Assembly (NCBI GenBank): GCA_038893355.1
Contig: JAWARQ010000005.1
Coordinates: 1 to 64,000, forward strand
DNA from: Sulfolobaceae archaeon
GTDB lineage: Archaea; Thermoproteota; Thermoprotei_A; Sulfolobales; Sulfolobaceae
DNA: 64,000 bases
Direction of reading: 5' to 3'
Under the pieces are notes generated by a model that saw only the letters and a list, made by a program, of their open reading frames with translations, ran no database searches and was not told the origin of the DNA. The position numbers and the translations under genes are program-made. Below are positions 32,417-43,641 of this stretch, one piece after another (the stretch's first letter is position 1; the number at the start of each line of letters is the position of its first letter).

Positions 32417-32566
32417 TTACCTTACCTATCTTACTGTAGGTTAAAAATAATTCTCGCAATAGTTTATAAGAAGATTCCCTCTTAATTTACAATCTTGGGA
32501 TTTGCGAGAATAACCCTTGGTATTATCAACAATGAAAAATAAACTCCCTTAAACCAGTTATTATTT

Positions 32567-32848
32567 GTGAGATTTCAAATCATAGAGTTTGGGACTTTTG
32601 AAAAAATAACTTTAAAAAATAAATGGCTTTTAAAATTAAATAATAAAAATAACTATTTAAAATTAAATCCAATAGGTAAGATAGTAATAGATGAAAATGG
32701 GAATAGAGTAGGAAAGGTGTTAGATGTAATAGGAAATATTGATAACCCTTATGCACTAGTTAAACCATTAATTGACGAACAACCAAAAGGTAAACTATAC
32801 TTAGAAATCCCTAGAGCAGTAGAGAAAAAGAAGAAAAGGAGGAAATAA
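32567..32848 (+). CDS. gar1: H/ACA RNP protein Gar1
   Basis: VGKVLDVIGNIDNPYALVKP with a basic tail; upstream of tfb. Confidence 0.85.
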   Translation: MRFQIIEFGTFEKITLKNKWLLKLNNKNNYLKLNPIGKIVIDENGNRVGKVLDVIGNIDNPYALVKPLIDEQPKGKLYLEIPRAVEKKKKRRK

Positions 32849-32853
32849 TAAGA

Positions 32854-33735
32854 ATGATGTGCTGCCCTAATTGTGGCTCTAGTGCACTAGCAGTTATTGA
32901 TGGTCGTGAAACTTGTACCTCATGCGGATTTGTAATTGAAGAGTACGTAATAGATGAAGGACCAGAGTGGAGAGCTTATACTCCGCAGGACAGACTTGAA
33001 AGAGAGAGAACTGGTGCTGGACTTACTCCAAAAGTTCATGATAGGGGTTTATATACTGATATAGGAAGAAGCAGAGGCTCAAGAATTAGCTCTAGTAGAT
33101 TACTAAAAATGAAAATGTTACAAAGGAAAATAAGAGTTTCGTCGAGTGATAGAAAAATTGTAACATATCTTTCAGAGTTAAATAATGAATGTTCTAAGTT
33201 AGGTTTACCAGAGAGAATAAAAGAAACTGCAGCTACTATTCTAAGAAAAGTAGTAGAGGCAGGAGGTGATAAGAGGTTAAATAAAACCGCACTAATTTTA
33301 GTTACTATATTTTATGCATGTAGAGTCATGAGATATCCCATTGACGAGAATGAAATAATAAAGAGATATGGATTAACTAAGAGTGATATATGGAATCCTA
33401 TAAAGAGGGTTCAAATGATTGTTAAATCAAATTCTATGTTTCACTCTAGAATAAGTCCTAAGGATTATATACCAAAAATTGTCTCTAAATTAGGTTTACC
33501 TCAGTACATAGTATCAAAATCAGCGGAACTCGTAGAAAAGATGCATTCAGAAGGTTTAACAAGCGGAAAAGGTTATATCGCTATTTCAGCTGCAAGTGTA
33601 TATCTTATGAGTACATTGTTTGATAATAAAAAGACGCAGAAAGAAGTTGCAGATGTTGTGAATATTACAGAGGTTACAGTTAGAAATAGATATAGGGATA
33701 TAATAGAAAAATTTGATATAGAGGTTTATATATGA
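32854..33735 (+). CDS. tfb2: Transcription initiation factor IIB paralogue TFB2
   Basis: CPNC/CTSC zinc ribbon, IDEGPEWRAY B-reader, two cyclin folds (TQKEVADVVNITEVTVRNRY). Confidence 0.92.
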   Translation: MMCCPNCGSSALAVIDGRETCTSCGFVIEEYVIDEGPEWRAYTPQDRLERERTGAGLTPKVHDRGLYTDIGRSRGSRISSSRLLKMKMLQRKIRVSSSDRKIVTYLSELNNECSKLGLPERIKETAATILRKVVEAGGDKRLNKTALILVTIFYACRVMRYPIDENEIIKRYGLTKSDIWNPIKRVQMIVKSNSMFHSRISPKDYIPKIVSKLGLPQYIVSKSAELVEKMHSEGLTSGKGYIAISAASVYLMSTLFDNKKTQKEVADVVNITEVTVRNRYRDIIEKFDIEVYI

Positions 33736-33879
33736 ATTTTATTTACGATTAAATGCGAATATTAAATATTACAAACTATATAATCTATAAGCACTTTTGT
33801 ATATGTTATATTCCTATAGAGTGATTTAAATAAAGAAAATTAAAGTCGGGAAGGTATATTATATATATAGCGGTTGCAT

Positions 33880-34257
33880 ATGTCTACAGCAACTAATAAT
33901 AATTACGAGGATTTGGTATACAGACTTATAAAGGACAGTGGAAGTTCAGGGATAACACAACAAGAAATATTGAAAAGGACTGGTATTTCATCTAGAGATT
34001 TAACCATTATATTAAAGAGGCTTATTGAAAAAAATAAGGTTCAGAAAAAATCAGTGAAAGAAAACGGAAAAAGCAAGGTTAAGTATTTCCCGAATACTAA
34101 TAATTTGATTGAAATTTATGTAAAGCTAGATATAGTGCAAGAAACACCTTGTTTTAATTGTAAATACTTATATAAGTGTGGAAACGGGACACATATTTCA
34201 CCCTCTAATTGTAGTAAATTCTACAGTTGGATCTTGAGAGAAATAGGAAGTGCCTAA
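33880..34257 (+). CDS. tfeB: Transcription factor E beta subunit (RPC34/hRPC39-like, wHTH + 4Fe-4S)
   Basis: wHTH (GITQQEIL...LKRLIEKNKV) plus the PCFNC-x5-C-x10-C cluster motif; downstream of tfb2 as in Sulfolobus. Confidence 0.85.
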   Translation: MSTATNNNYEDLVYRLIKDSGSSGITQQEILKRTGISSRDLTIILKRLIEKNKVQKKSVKENGKSKVKYFPNTNNLIEIYVKLDIVQETPCFNCKYLYKCGNGTHISPSNCSKFYSWILREIGSA

Positions 34258-35393
34258 TTAATATTACTTGAGATTTTTATACATTCAACGATTTCATCAT
34301 AGCTTTTATTAGTTTTAATTCCCCTATAATCAAAATGAGTAAAAGAGCCATCACCTAAGCATTCAATAACTTTTTGCCTCTTAGGTACGTTCGTTTTAAT
34401 TCTAGAGGATAGAAAATCTAAACGCCAATAGTGATTATACTTACTTTCATTCTTTAAATATTCTAATAATTTTGAGATTCTATTATATGTTGTTAAATAA
34501 CTAAATTTCTCTAATTCATGTTTTATCTTTTCAATAAAATCTAAATCATTTAATTTACCTAACCATAAAGGTCCAGCTACTCTCATCGGGGTCTTACATC
34601 TTGGACATTCAAATTTGTGAAATTCCTTCGACTCAATAACAAACCCGCATTTTGAACATTCATAATAATAACCAAATTTTTCTAATAATTCATCAGTCCT
34701 TTTAGCACCCTTATTTACTTTAAAATACACCCTATAATAGTGATCAGCATAATAGGCTAAAATAGGTTCTAATGCTTTCTCTATAATTGCAGCCTCTGAA
34801 ATTATTTTTCCTATTAAAATTCTTAATCCTACCTCCTTAGAAAAGCTTAATTTTTCATTAATTGCTCCATACTTTCTTCTACATGAGTTTTTATGAGAAC
34901 CTTCTAAAGGAGCCAAATCAGTAGCAGTATATGCTACATAACCTCTCTTCCCAGCAGCTTTTACTGACGCTAAGACAAAAGGGATCGGACTTCCAAATGG
35001 GTCTATATCAATAAAGTCAGCGTATATTTCAAACAAAAGAGAATTCGCATCTCTATTATATACTTTAATACTACCTTGGGGGATATTATTTAATTTTACA
35101 TTCTCTATCATTAGATTATAAGCTATTGGATTCTTATCATTTAGTATTACTTCATTGACATTATTCTCGATATAATATCTTAAACCTCTTATTCCAGTTG
35201 CGGATAATGCATCAATAACGGATTTAGGCGAAATTACACTAACAAATAGTACACTTAAGTCTCTATTAAATACCATCTTTGGGTTATAGAACACTGGAGC
35301 CCATGCAGGATCTACGAAGTTATTCTTCTTCAGCTCTTCTAAATCTGGAACTAAAAGCCTTACCTTTCCTTCAACTATCTCTCTTAACTTCAT
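34254..35393 (-). CDS. trm1: tRNA (guanine26-N2)-dimethyltransferase
   Basis: VFYNPKMVFNRD, SATGIRGLRY, DIDPFGSP and GPLWLGKL motifs. Confidence 0.95.
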   Translation of the reverse strand: MKLREIVEGKVRLLVPDLEELKKNNFVDPAWAPVFYNPKMVFNRDLSVLFVSVISPKSVIDALSATGIRGLRYYIENNVNEVILNDKNPIAYNLMIENVKLNNIPQGSIKVYNRDANSLLFEIYADFIDIDPFGSPIPFVLASVKAAGKRGYVAYTATDLAPLEGSHKNSCRRKYGAINEKLSFSKEVGLRILIGKIISEAAIIEKALEPILAYYADHYYRVYFKVNKGAKRTDELLEKFGYYYECSKCGFVIESKEFHKFECPRCKTPMRVAGPLWLGKLNDLDFIEKIKHELEKFSYLTTYNRISKLLEYLKNESKYNHYWRLDFLSSRIKTNVPKRQKVIECLGDGSFTHFDYRGIKTNKSYDEIVECIKISSNIN

Positions 35394-36273
35394 CTATTAA
35401 TTCCGAAACTTCTTCTAGTCTATATACTTTAAACCCTTCTTTCTCACTAGGTTGATTATATTTATTTATTATACATAACATTTTTAATTTAAATAATTTT
35501 GCAATTTTATTTGCTTCTTGAAACTTCTTCCTAGTCTCCGCTTCACTATTTGCCTCTAATACAATTATTCCCTTCTTGTCCTTATATTCTACTAGGAAAT
35601 CAATAGTGGTTTTTTTAAATCTAAAAGTCTTTAAACCGGATTCCTCAAACTTATTCAATAAGGTACTGTTAATAGCATCAAAATCTCTGTCCTCTTCATT
35701 TTCTTTCAAACTAACTTTATAATCCTGAATCACATCACCAATTATTTCTTCCCCAAAAACTTCTATCAGCTTCTCAGCAACCTCTATTGAGACATCAGCA
35801 TTTCCATGTTCGTAATTATAAACTGCCTGCCGAGAGACTCCCAATAACTTTGATAGATCCCCAAGGCTATAACCCATTTCTAATCTTTTCCTCTTTAGTA
35901 CCTTTGGATTAATTTTGATAAATATCCCTCCTCTTGTTCTATATATAAATAATCTCTGACCATCAATAATCTTACTCAAACCTTCTAAAGAAACACCCAT
36001 TATACCATCTCTTTCTATTACAATATCCTCCTCAGCCTTGTTTGTTAGTATTAATGGTGTGGTAGAAGGTAATACGGAGATTTTCTTTAAATCATTTAAC
36101 TCTTCATTAGCAATCTTTGCCTTATCAGAAACTTTAATAACTAATTTTCTCTTCTTAGTATTAACTACTAGATCAATAGATTTTTTAGATGTGGGATAGT
36201 CTATTAGTACATAGTCGCATTTTTGAGACTCTAATTCCTTTATAACTTCATTTAGTGTTAATGGCATTACCAA
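35371..36273 (-). CDS. XRE-HTH transcriptional regulator (COG1395-like)
   Basis: RGGIFIKI..KRLEMGYSLGDLSKLLGVSRQAVYNYE. Confidence 0.85.
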   Translation of the reverse strand: MVMPLTLNEVIKELESQKCDYVLIDYPTSKKSIDLVVNTKKRKLVIKVSDKAKIANEELNDLKKISVLPSTTPLILTNKAEEDIVIERDGIMGVSLEGLSKIIDGQRLFIYRTRGGIFIKINPKVLKRKRLEMGYSLGDLSKLLGVSRQAVYNYEHGNADVSIEVAEKLIEVFGEEIIGDVIQDYKVSLKENEEDRDFDAINSTLLNKFEESGLKTFRFKKTTIDFLVEYKDKKGIIVLEANSEAETRKKFQEANKIAKLFKLKMLCIINKYNQPSEKEGFKVYRLEEVSELIDEVKRDS

Positions 36274-36683
36274 CCTTCCTCTCTATATTCCTCAAAATTA
36301 ATTAAAGATACAGAAAGTGTTATAAATATTATTGAATCAAATTCCCTTAGTAACCTCTCTAAATCTGATGTATTGAGAATACCGTTCTTTTCTGAATTAA
36401 GTATAATATCGATAGCCCTCTTTTCCCACTCGCTACCACTTACTATATAAATTCCAGGTTCCTGCGATTTAATTATAACAATCGGAAGTCTTACAAGACC
36501 CCACATATATAATGGTAAAACTTTACTTAATTTTTCTACTTGATTCCTGTCAAATTCTACAATTTCACCACTACTCAATTTATAACTTAGTTTTCCTGAT
36601 AATGCATCTAATAACGTAATATATTCAGATGGTGAATAATTTAAAAGGCCCTTAAAGCCTAGGTTAAAAATTTTATCAATCAA
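36267..36683 (-). CDS. DUF61 family protein
   Basis: VRLPIVI motif; position downstream of fibrillarin. Confidence 0.7.
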   Translation of the reverse strand: MIDKIFNLGFKGLLNYSPSEYITLLDALSGKLSYKLSSGEIVEFDRNQVEKLSKVLPLYMWGLVRLPIVIIKSQEPGIYIVSGSEWEKRAIDIILNSEKNGILNTSDLERLLREFDSIIFITLSVSLINFEEYREEGW

Positions 36684-36685
36684 AA

Positions 36686-37387
36686 TTACTTCCCTTTATA
36701 CTTTGCAAGAACCATAGCATGGTCTTTATCGTAGGGATCCAATTGAACTATTTGAATTATTTCAAAACCTGCATTTTCTAACTTTTTAACTTCTTCTTTG
36801 TAAATCTCCCTAGGATCTCTTGTAACATCAATACTCCTAGCCTTTATTGCTAAGAACATGTATCCATTAGCCTTTAAGAAATTCTCTGCATTATAAATCG
36901 CAATATCAGTTTGATCAGGTTGTGCAATATCTACATACTGTATATCAGCATATTCAACAAAAGGTTTATATAAATTAGGAAATCTTGCATCTGCTAATAT
37001 AGGCAAAATATTTGGCCTATGTTGAGCAACCATTAATAATTCTCTAATAACTCGAGGCGAAAACTCAATTCCATATATCTTACCCTCCTGCTCAACGATA
37101 TCAGAAATATGACTTACAGTAGTACCCGATGCTGCACCAAGATAGAGTATTTTATGACCTTTACGGATAGGATTTTGAGTTAGACCTTTAAGAATTGCTG
37201 CAGCAAGCTTACTTCTGAACGCATTCCATTCTCTATATTCTACTCCCTTATATCTAATTAACTTTTCTCCATAAACGTTAATGCCGGGAGTTAAATTCTT
37301 AGTGCAAAGTTTAACAGAACCATCATTATAAATACATTCATAGATATTTTCAAAAGATGATTCTTGAACTTTAACTACTTCTGACAT
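36686..37387 (-). CDS. flpA: Fibrillarin-like rRNA/tRNA 2'-O-methyltransferase
   Basis: [30 protein letters not shown] and KARSID motifs; ATG at 37387. Confidence 0.96.
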   Translation of the reverse strand: MSEVVKVQESSFENIYECIYNDGSVKLCTKNLTPGINVYGEKLIRYKGVEYREWNAFRSKLAAAILKGLTQNPIRKGHKILYLGAASGTTVSHISDIVEQEGKIYGIEFSPRVIRELLMVAQHRPNILPILADARFPNLYKPFVEYADIQYVDIAQPDQTDIAIYNAENFLKANGYMFLAIKARSIDVTRDPREIYKEEVKKLENAGFEIIQIVQLDPYDKDHAMVLAKYKGK

Positions 37388-37394
37388 AGATTTC

Positions 37395-38609
37395 TCACTT
37401 ACTCTTTCTCTTACCCTTCTCTTTTCCACCTTTTATCTTTTGCTCTTGTTGTGTAACCTTTCTAGGAGGAGGACTCGCATATTTCTGCTTAATTTCCTCA
37501 ATTCTCTTCTTCATCTGTTCTCTCAATTGATCTCCTATAAATCTACCGCTAAATGCATCAACTCTTGCAGCTATTGCTAGTTTTGCTGCTAGTGCTCTAG
37601 CAATTTTTCCTCTCTGCCATCGCGGCGAAGAATGTATTGCAGGATATTGGAATATTACACCATGTTTTGGAGGTTTACCTCCAGTCCTTAATGCTCTAAA
37701 CAATGCCTTTTCAGCACCTAGCACTTGAATTGTACTTGCTGGCATTTTTGCTAATTCTTCTAAACTTCCAGCTAGGCTTAACAATCTTGCGCCTAAACTA
37801 TGCCCAACTAGAGCGGTTATATTAGGTGCAACTTCTTTCATTACAGCTTCTAAATAATCTGTTAAAGTTCTTCTTATTTGATATAATTGTACTATAGTTG
37901 ATGATAAGTATCTTATTGCTCTTAAGTCTAAATCTGTTATATCAGCACCTATACTCTTATTCGATGCATCAACTATTTTTTTAGCTAATTGTTCTGATAA
38001 TCCTAATTCTTTTAGAGCATCAATAGTCATTGAATCCCTCGATCCAATTTCCGTAACAATCTTTGAATATAACTCATGGTCATCAATAATCTTATCTAGT
38101 TCGGGGAAGTGTAGACTATACCATTCTCTTAACCTTTCTGAGAATAAGTTTATTGTCTTATCTATATCATCGATAGCCCTAATAGCCTGAATAGCTAATA
38201 AGTCTCTCTTCTGGGCAATTCCTCTTATTTTTCTCCTAGTATATTCTAGAGTTAATTGATGTAAGAAATCATAATATTCTTTTTCTGATTTTACGAATTT
38301 ACTATCTATCGCATACTTTACTACAGAACTTCTAAAGGTTCTTGCACCAATATGATTAGGTTGTACTATTACATTTACCCCTAGCTTCTGGAGGGATTTA
38401 AGCTCTTTTTCATTCTCGATTACAACCTCTACAGCACCTATCTTTTTTAAGAGCTCAACCGTAGAAGGGAATGGTTCACCATTTTCTGCTGCTATTAGTA
38501 TCTCTACTAGCTTACCTAAATCTTGGGGGTTAGTAATATAATCTACTAATTTACCTTCTTCATCAAATGCAAAAGACCCTATAGCGTGTTCAACTAAATA
38601 TATTCTCAT
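37395..38609 (-). CDS. nop5: Box C/D RNP protein Nop5 (Nop56/58)
   Basis: [27 protein letters not shown] and PKHGVIF motifs; ATG at 38609. Confidence 0.96.
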   Translation of the reverse strand: MRIYLVEHAIGSFAFDEEGKLVDYITNPQDLGKLVEILIAAENGEPFPSTVELLKKIGAVEVVIENEKELKSLQKLGVNVIVQPNHIGARTFRSSVVKYAIDSKFVKSEKEYYDFLHQLTLEYTRRKIRGIAQKRDLLAIQAIRAIDDIDKTINLFSERLREWYSLHFPELDKIIDDHELYSKIVTEIGSRDSMTIDALKELGLSEQLAKKIVDASNKSIGADITDLDLRAIRYLSSTIVQLYQIRRTLTDYLEAVMKEVAPNITALVGHSLGARLLSLAGSLEELAKMPASTIQVLGAEKALFRALRTGGKPPKHGVIFQYPAIHSSPRWQRGKIARALAAKLAIAARVDAFSGRFIGDQLREQMKKRIEEIKQKYASPPPRKVTQQEQKIKGGKEKGKRKSK

Positions 38610-38671
38610 TTGTGACCACTTCTTCCTCAAATCTTTTAAGTATAAGTTTATCTTATATCTTTTGGGATAGT

Positions 38672-38842
38672 ATGCCCAGCCACGGTTCGCTAACAAAGGC
38701 AGGAAAAGTAAGGAATCAGACACCTAAATTACCGAAAAAGGAGAAACATAAAGAAGTACCAAGACTTAGGAACAGAATAGAGTATCAAAAGAGAGTATTA
38801 AATTCACAACAGAGTAGGGAAGCCGTAGCAGTGGCAAAATAA
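38672..38842 (+). CDS. rps30e: 30S ribosomal protein S30e
   Basis: [19 protein letters not shown]; true start at 38672. Confidence 0.95.
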   Translation: MPSHGSLTKAGKVRNQTPKLPKKEKHKEVPRLRNRIEYQKRVLNSQQSREAVAVAK

Positions 38843-38847
38843 ATTAA

Positions 38848-38859
38848 TCTTTCTTTTTT
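38848..38859 (+). terminator. Oligo-T tract, possible rps30e terminator
   Basis: TCTTTCTTTTTT just after the stop codon, as in Sulfolobus pyrimidine-rich terminators. Confidence 0.35.
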
Positions 38860-38871
38860 ATAATCCTTTTA

Positions 38872-40200
38872 ATGAAACTAGAGGGTTATAAAGGAAGAGC
38901 TTATGAAATTTTAGAAAGTATTGGAGCAGAGGTTGGAGATTTCATTGAAATTGAAAGAGATGGTCTTGTCTTGAGAGGAATATTAATGCCCTCTTATTCA
39001 CAGAATTCTGATAAGATTATAGTAGTAAAATTGGATAATGGCTACAATGTAGGGATCTCTATATATAATATAAAAAAAATTAATTTAATAAAAAAGAGAA
39101 CTCAACAGCAGGTTATAAGTAAAGAGATTAAGGAGCAAAGAAGTCAAGTTAAGATAATTAGTACGGGCGGTACAATTGTAAGTAAGATTGAATATGAGAC
39201 TGGTGCAGTAAGGCCTGCATTAACTACTGATGAAATAATTAGCTTTATGCCAGAAATAAGAGAATTAGGTGAAGTCTCGGCTGAAGTTCTATTTTCAATA
39301 CTAAGTGAAAATATGAAGCCAGAATATTGGATAAAAATAGCTAATGCTGTAAAAAAGGCATTTGATGAGGGTAATGAGGGAGTAGTAGTAGCACATGGAA
39401 CTGATACTATGTCATATACTGCTGCTGCCCTAGCGTTTTCACTAAAAAAACTTCAAGGACCAGTAGTACTTGTAGGGTCTCAAAGGAGTAGTGATAGACC
39501 AAGTAGTGACTCTGCGATTAATCTCTATACTGCAATACTTACTGCTAAAGAAGCCCCATTTGGAGAGGTTGTAATTAATATGCATGGCGAGTCTTCCGAT
39601 ACCTACACATTAGTTCATAGGGGAGTTAAAGTTAGAAAGATGCATACTAGTAGAAGAGACGCGTTTCAATCTATTAATGATATACCTTTAGCTAAGGTTT
39701 TGTGGGACAAAAAACAAATTAAAATATTAAGAAGTGATTATATTCCTAAAAAAGATGAAACGGAAGTTGATGCAAAATTCGATGATAGAGTATTTTTATT
39801 ATATTATTATCCTGGCATGAAAAGTGATATAATAGAATATCTTGCGTCTAAGTATAGGGGAGTAATAATAGCAGGAACAGGACTTGGTCATGTCTCACAA
39901 GATCTCGTAAGTAGTTTAGAAAAGGCTATTAAAGATGGTGTTTTTATAGGAATGACCTCTCAATGCTTATTCGGCAGGGTTAATATGAATGTTTATACTA
40001 CTGGCCGAATACTTCTAAAAGCGGGAGTTGTACCACTAGAAGATATGTTACCAGAAGTTGCATTAGTAAAGTTAATGTGGGGTCTAGCACATTACTCAGA
40101 CCATGAAGAGTTAAAGAGCTTTATGCTGAGAAATATCGTTGGGGAAATAAACTATGTGCATAAGATAGAACATTATCCTAGGTGGTATCATGGAGATTGA
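38872..40200 (+). CDS. gatD: Glu-tRNA(Gln) amidotransferase subunit D
   Basis: [33 protein letters not shown] and [10 protein letters not shown] motifs. Confidence 0.96.
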   Translation: MKLEGYKGRAYEILESIGAEVGDFIEIERDGLVLRGILMPSYSQNSDKIIVVKLDNGYNVGISIYNIKKINLIKKRTQQQVISKEIKEQRSQVKIISTGGTIVSKIEYETGAVRPALTTDEIISFMPEIRELGEVSAEVLFSILSENMKPEYWIKIANAVKKAFDEGNEGVVVAHGTDTMSYTAAALAFSLKKLQGPVVLVGSQRSSDRPSSDSAINLYTAILTAKEAPFGEVVINMHGESSDTYTLVHRGVKVRKMHTSRRDAFQSINDIPLAKVLWDKKQIKILRSDYIPKKDETEVDAKFDDRVFLLYYYPGMKSDIIEYLASKYRGVIIAGTGLGHVSQDLVSSLEKAIKDGVFIGMTSQCLFGRVNMNVYTTGRILLKAGVVPLEDMLPEVALVKLMWGLAHYSDHEELKSFMLRNIVGEINYVHKIEHYPRWYHGD

Positions 40201-42085
40201 CTATAAAAAATTAGGATTAAAGGTAGGTTTAGAGATACATCAACAATTAAATACAACTCATAAGTTATTTTGTAACTGCCCAACGACATTAAGTGAAGAA
40301 TATACTGCTACTCTAGTCAGATATTTGAGGCCGGTTATGAGTGAATTAGGGGAAGTAGATGTAGCTGCTTTATTTGAGTGGGAAAAAGGTAAGAGGTATA
40401 TATATAGGTTATCCAGACCTACTTGCCTTGTAGAATATGATGAAGAACCTCCACACAGCATCAATGAAGAAGCCTTAAAAATTGCTATAGCAATAACTCT
40501 GGCGCTAGGTGGGGAGGTAGTAGATGAAGTTTACGTTATGAGAAAGACTGTAATTGACGGTTCTAACACAAGCGGATTTCAAAGAACAGCAATAGTAGGT
40601 CTAGGAGGGAAAATACTAGATGAAGAAGGAGTTGTCGGAATTCAAACTATAGCACTAGAAGAAGATGCTGCTAGAAAGATAAGTGAAACTTCTGAAGAGG
40701 TATTATATAATTTAGATAGACTAGGGATACCACTCATAGAAATTTCTACTGCACCAGATATAAAGACTCCAGAACAGGCTGAAAGAGTTGCGTTAAAGAT
40801 AGGGCAATTATTAAGGTTAACTGGTAAAGTAAAGAGAGGTATAGGTACAATAAGGCAAGATTTGAACGTATCAATAGATGGTGGTGTAAAAACAGAGATA
40901 AAAGGTGTTCAGAGGTTAGAGTTAATTCCTATTATAGTTAGGAATGAGGCATTAAGACAATATAATTTACTAAGGATAAAAGAAGAACTTAAGAGAAGGG
41001 GTTTAACACAAGATGATGTAAAGAAATCTTTAGTGGTAAAAGATGTTACTGAATTATTTAAGGATGTTAACAGTAAATTAATTAAGAACGAGTTAGGAAG
41101 AGGGAATGTAGTAGTAGGAATAAAGATAAAGGGATTTAAAGGAATATTTGGTTGGGAAGTCCAACCTAAGAGGAGATTTGGCACAGAAATTGCTGACTAT
41201 GTGAGAGCATTAGTAGGTTTAGGTGGCATTTTGCATTCTGATGAGCTTCCGAATTACGGAATAACACAAGATGATGTAAATAAAGTATCTAAAGAATTAG
41301 GAGTTGAAAATAATGATGCATTTATATTGATAATCTCACCTAAAAGTAAGGTTGATAAAGCTTTAGAAGTGATTATGGATAGAATACTTTACTCTTTCAT
41401 TGGAGTGCCTAAAGAGACTAGAGGGGCTTTAGAAGACGGTACAACTAAGTTCTTAAGACCTCAACCAGGATCAGCAAGAATGTACCCTGAAACTGATATT
41501 CCACCAAGATTAATTGATGATAAGATCCTTGAAGAGGCAAAGATGTATATCCCAGAGCCTATAGAGGTTAAGTTCCAGAAGTATATCAAATTAGGCTTAA
41601 GCGAAGAACTTGCTAAGGCTATATTAAATAATATTAGAATTGATTTATTTGAAGAATTAGTTAATAAATATTCCCCTAAGGTTCCACCGATAGTTATTGC
41701 GAATTTACTCGAAAACAATATAAAGTATGTAAAATCTAAGGGTGGTGATATTTCCTTACTAACTGATGAAATTTTAGAATTAATAATAAAATTCTTATAT
41801 GAGGATAAAATAACTAAAGATTCTATTCAAGAAATTTTACTTGAATTTACTACTACAAAATCTAATTTAAATGATATAATTAAAAAATATACTAAAATTT
41901 CGGAAGAAGAACTTATTAATATTATTAGAGAAGAAATACAAAAGTCACGAGAAGAAATTGAGAGTAAGAAGGATAAAGCATTTAACATAATTATGAATAA
42001 GGTAATGAGTAGAGTTAGGGGAAAGGTAGAAGGTAAAAGGGCAGCTGAATTAATAAAGAGGGAATTAGAGAGTATATTAAGATGA
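40190..42085 (+). CDS. gatE: Glu-tRNA(Gln) amidotransferase subunit E
   Basis: [30 protein letters not shown] and [10 protein letters not shown] motifs. Confidence 0.96.
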   Translation: MEIDYKKLGLKVGLEIHQQLNTTHKLFCNCPTTLSEEYTATLVRYLRPVMSELGEVDVAALFEWEKGKRYIYRLSRPTCLVEYDEEPPHSINEEALKIAIAITLALGGEVVDEVYVMRKTVIDGSNTSGFQRTAIVGLGGKILDEEGVVGIQTIALEEDAARKISETSEEVLYNLDRLGIPLIEISTAPDIKTPEQAERVALKIGQLLRLTGKVKRGIGTIRQDLNVSIDGGVKTEIKGVQRLELIPIIVRNEALRQYNLLRIKEELKRRGLTQDDVKKSLVVKDVTELFKDVNSKLIKNELGRGNVVVGIKIKGFKGIFGWEVQPKRRFGTEIADYVRALVGLGGILHSDELPNYGITQDDVNKVSKELGVENNDAFILIISPKSKVDKALEVIMDRILYSFIGVPKETRGALEDGTTKFLRPQPGSARMYPETDIPPRLIDDKILEEAKMYIPEPIEVKFQKYIKLGLSEELAKAILNNIRIDLFEELVNKYSPKVPPIVIANLLENNIKYVKSKGGDISLLTDEILELIIKFLYEDKITKDSIQEILLEFTTTKSNLNDIIKKYTKISEEELINIIREEIQKSREEIESKKDKAFNIIMNKVMSRVRGKVEGKRAAELIKRELESILR

Positions 42086-42138
42086 GGGATTACCCCCGGA
42101 CCTGATTAAAGGATGAAGAAAAGGCATTTGTCCGATTT
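42080..42138 (+). ncRNA. Box C/D sRNA candidate
   Basis: Degenerate C ATGAGGG overlapping the gatE stop - ATTACCCCCGGAC - D' CTGA - C' ATGAAGA - AAAGGCATTTGT - D CCGA. Confidence 0.55.
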
Positions 42139-42142
42139 AGTG

Positions 42143-43255
42143 ATGAACTTGACCGCTTATGATAAAATAGATGAATTGATAAAGGTAGCCGCTGAATTTC
42201 CTATTAGAAAATTAGAGGAGATTAGCCTAACTGAAGAATTATTATATATAGATCAACTACCTCAACTATTGAAACTTCTTTCTGTTAAAAAAATAAAATG
42301 GAATTTTAATGCTAAAATAATAGGACCAGACGGTACAGTAATAAATACTCTAGGTGACGATAATGATAAGACGTTTTTAGTCAAGACACCTATAAAGAGA
42401 ATACCAATTGGATGGTTTATACCAAAAATTAAAGAAAACGAAATTAAAGATATGATTTATGACCTTATTCCTTGTAAGGAAGGTACTAGTTATTTTAATC
42501 CCTCAATGTGGCAAAGATTAGAGGTAGAGAAAAGAGAGGGAGGAAAGGTTAATATTATTAATAATTTATTTAAGTTTAGTGCAGGTGAAATTACAGAAAC
42601 TCCAAGAAAATTTGAAAGAGAAGAGGGGATTGAAATTAACTTGTATGAGAATGGTGATCTAAAACTTGATACTAGAATGTATAATCCTACATTTTACTAT
42701 CTCAATCCATTCTTTATTGGTAGTACAGAATCTTTAGAATTTGGTAGATCAAACTTTTTCTGCATTTCCCTAGATTCCACAATAAGCATAATATCTAACG
42801 ATCCATTTTTTATAGAATTTAGAGACGGTTTAGCTAAGGCGTATGGTAATCTATTTTTAGTAATTAGGAGTAAGAGTTGGAAGGAAATAAAACCCCATTT
42901 ACTTACATGGGATATGAGAAACAAGATTATAGAACTGGACTGCAAGCCACCTTTTAGAATTTCCTTATATAAAATAGAGCCACCATGGGCTATTCCGTTT
43001 TATATCTCTTACTCCACCGGAAAATTAAGGCTTGGTTTAATAAATCTTTCAGAATATGATATGATTTTTACATTTAGTATAGCAGGGAGAATAACTTATG
43101 CTAAGGTTTTGAACTCTGCTGGCAATGAGACGGAGAACCTTAATGTTGAGTTTGATAGGGTTAAAATACCTATAAGAATGTTTGGAATAGTTTTCGTGGA
43201 AATAGGGGTAAAGAGATTACTTGAAAGTTTCCTTAGAAGAAAGATGATTGAGTAA
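42143..43255 (+). CDS. Hypothetical protein with a C-terminal beta-sandwich resembling the GH38 C-terminal domain
   Basis: About 370-aa ORF; start placed after the sRNA (ATG 42143). Confidence 0.7.
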   Translation: MNLTAYDKIDELIKVAAEFPIRKLEEISLTEELLYIDQLPQLLKLLSVKKIKWNFNAKIIGPDGTVINTLGDDNDKTFLVKTPIKRIPIGWFIPKIKENEIKDMIYDLIPCKEGTSYFNPSMWQRLEVEKREGGKVNIINNLFKFSAGEITETPRKFEREEGIEINLYENGDLKLDTRMYNPTFYYLNPFFIGSTESLEFGRSNFFCISLDSTISIISNDPFFIEFRDGLAKAYGNLFLVIRSKSWKEIKPHLLTWDMRNKIIELDCKPPFRISLYKIEPPWAIPFYISYSTGKLRLGLINLSEYDMIFTFSIAGRITYAKVLNSAGNETENLNVEFDRVKIPIRMFGIVFVEIGVKRLLESFLRRKMIE

Positions 43256-43604
43256 GTTCATAAGCACAGCTGCCTATATTATATCCGTACTTATTTAAAA
43301 CTCTCCTACCTTCTGTACATAAAGAACATAATATTATTACAATATTACCTTTACCTGTTAATAAAGAGTCTACAGCCTCATCAAGCTTATTCATAAACCT
43401 TTCATCTTTTATTAAAATATTCTTCATAGTACTACCGCGCCTACCTTTTAGATAATTACTAAGAGCTGCAGGTGTAAGGTTCATTATAGTAGAGGCTTTA
43501 TATATTGATAGATTCTTCTCTCTTATTAGTCTCTCTGCTATCAATGATCTAATTGCTGGTAGCAGATCTCTAGCTGCAACTTCACATGGTACTGCCAGTT
43601 CCAT
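43233..43604 (-). CDS. XRE-like HTH transcriptional regulator (COG2522-like) with Cys motif
   Basis: PCEVAARDLLPAIRSLIAERL, HTH LTPAALSNYLKGRRG, LCSLC. Confidence 0.82.
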   Translation of the reverse strand: MELAVPCEVAARDLLPAIRSLIAERLIREKNLSIYKASTIMNLTPAALSNYLKGRRGSTMKNILIKDERFMNKLDEAVDSLLTGKGNIVIILCSLCTEGRRVLNKYGYNIGSCAYELTQSSFF

Positions 43605-43641
43605 AATCTAAACTCTCCAAACTAGATAAAAAATACTATTT

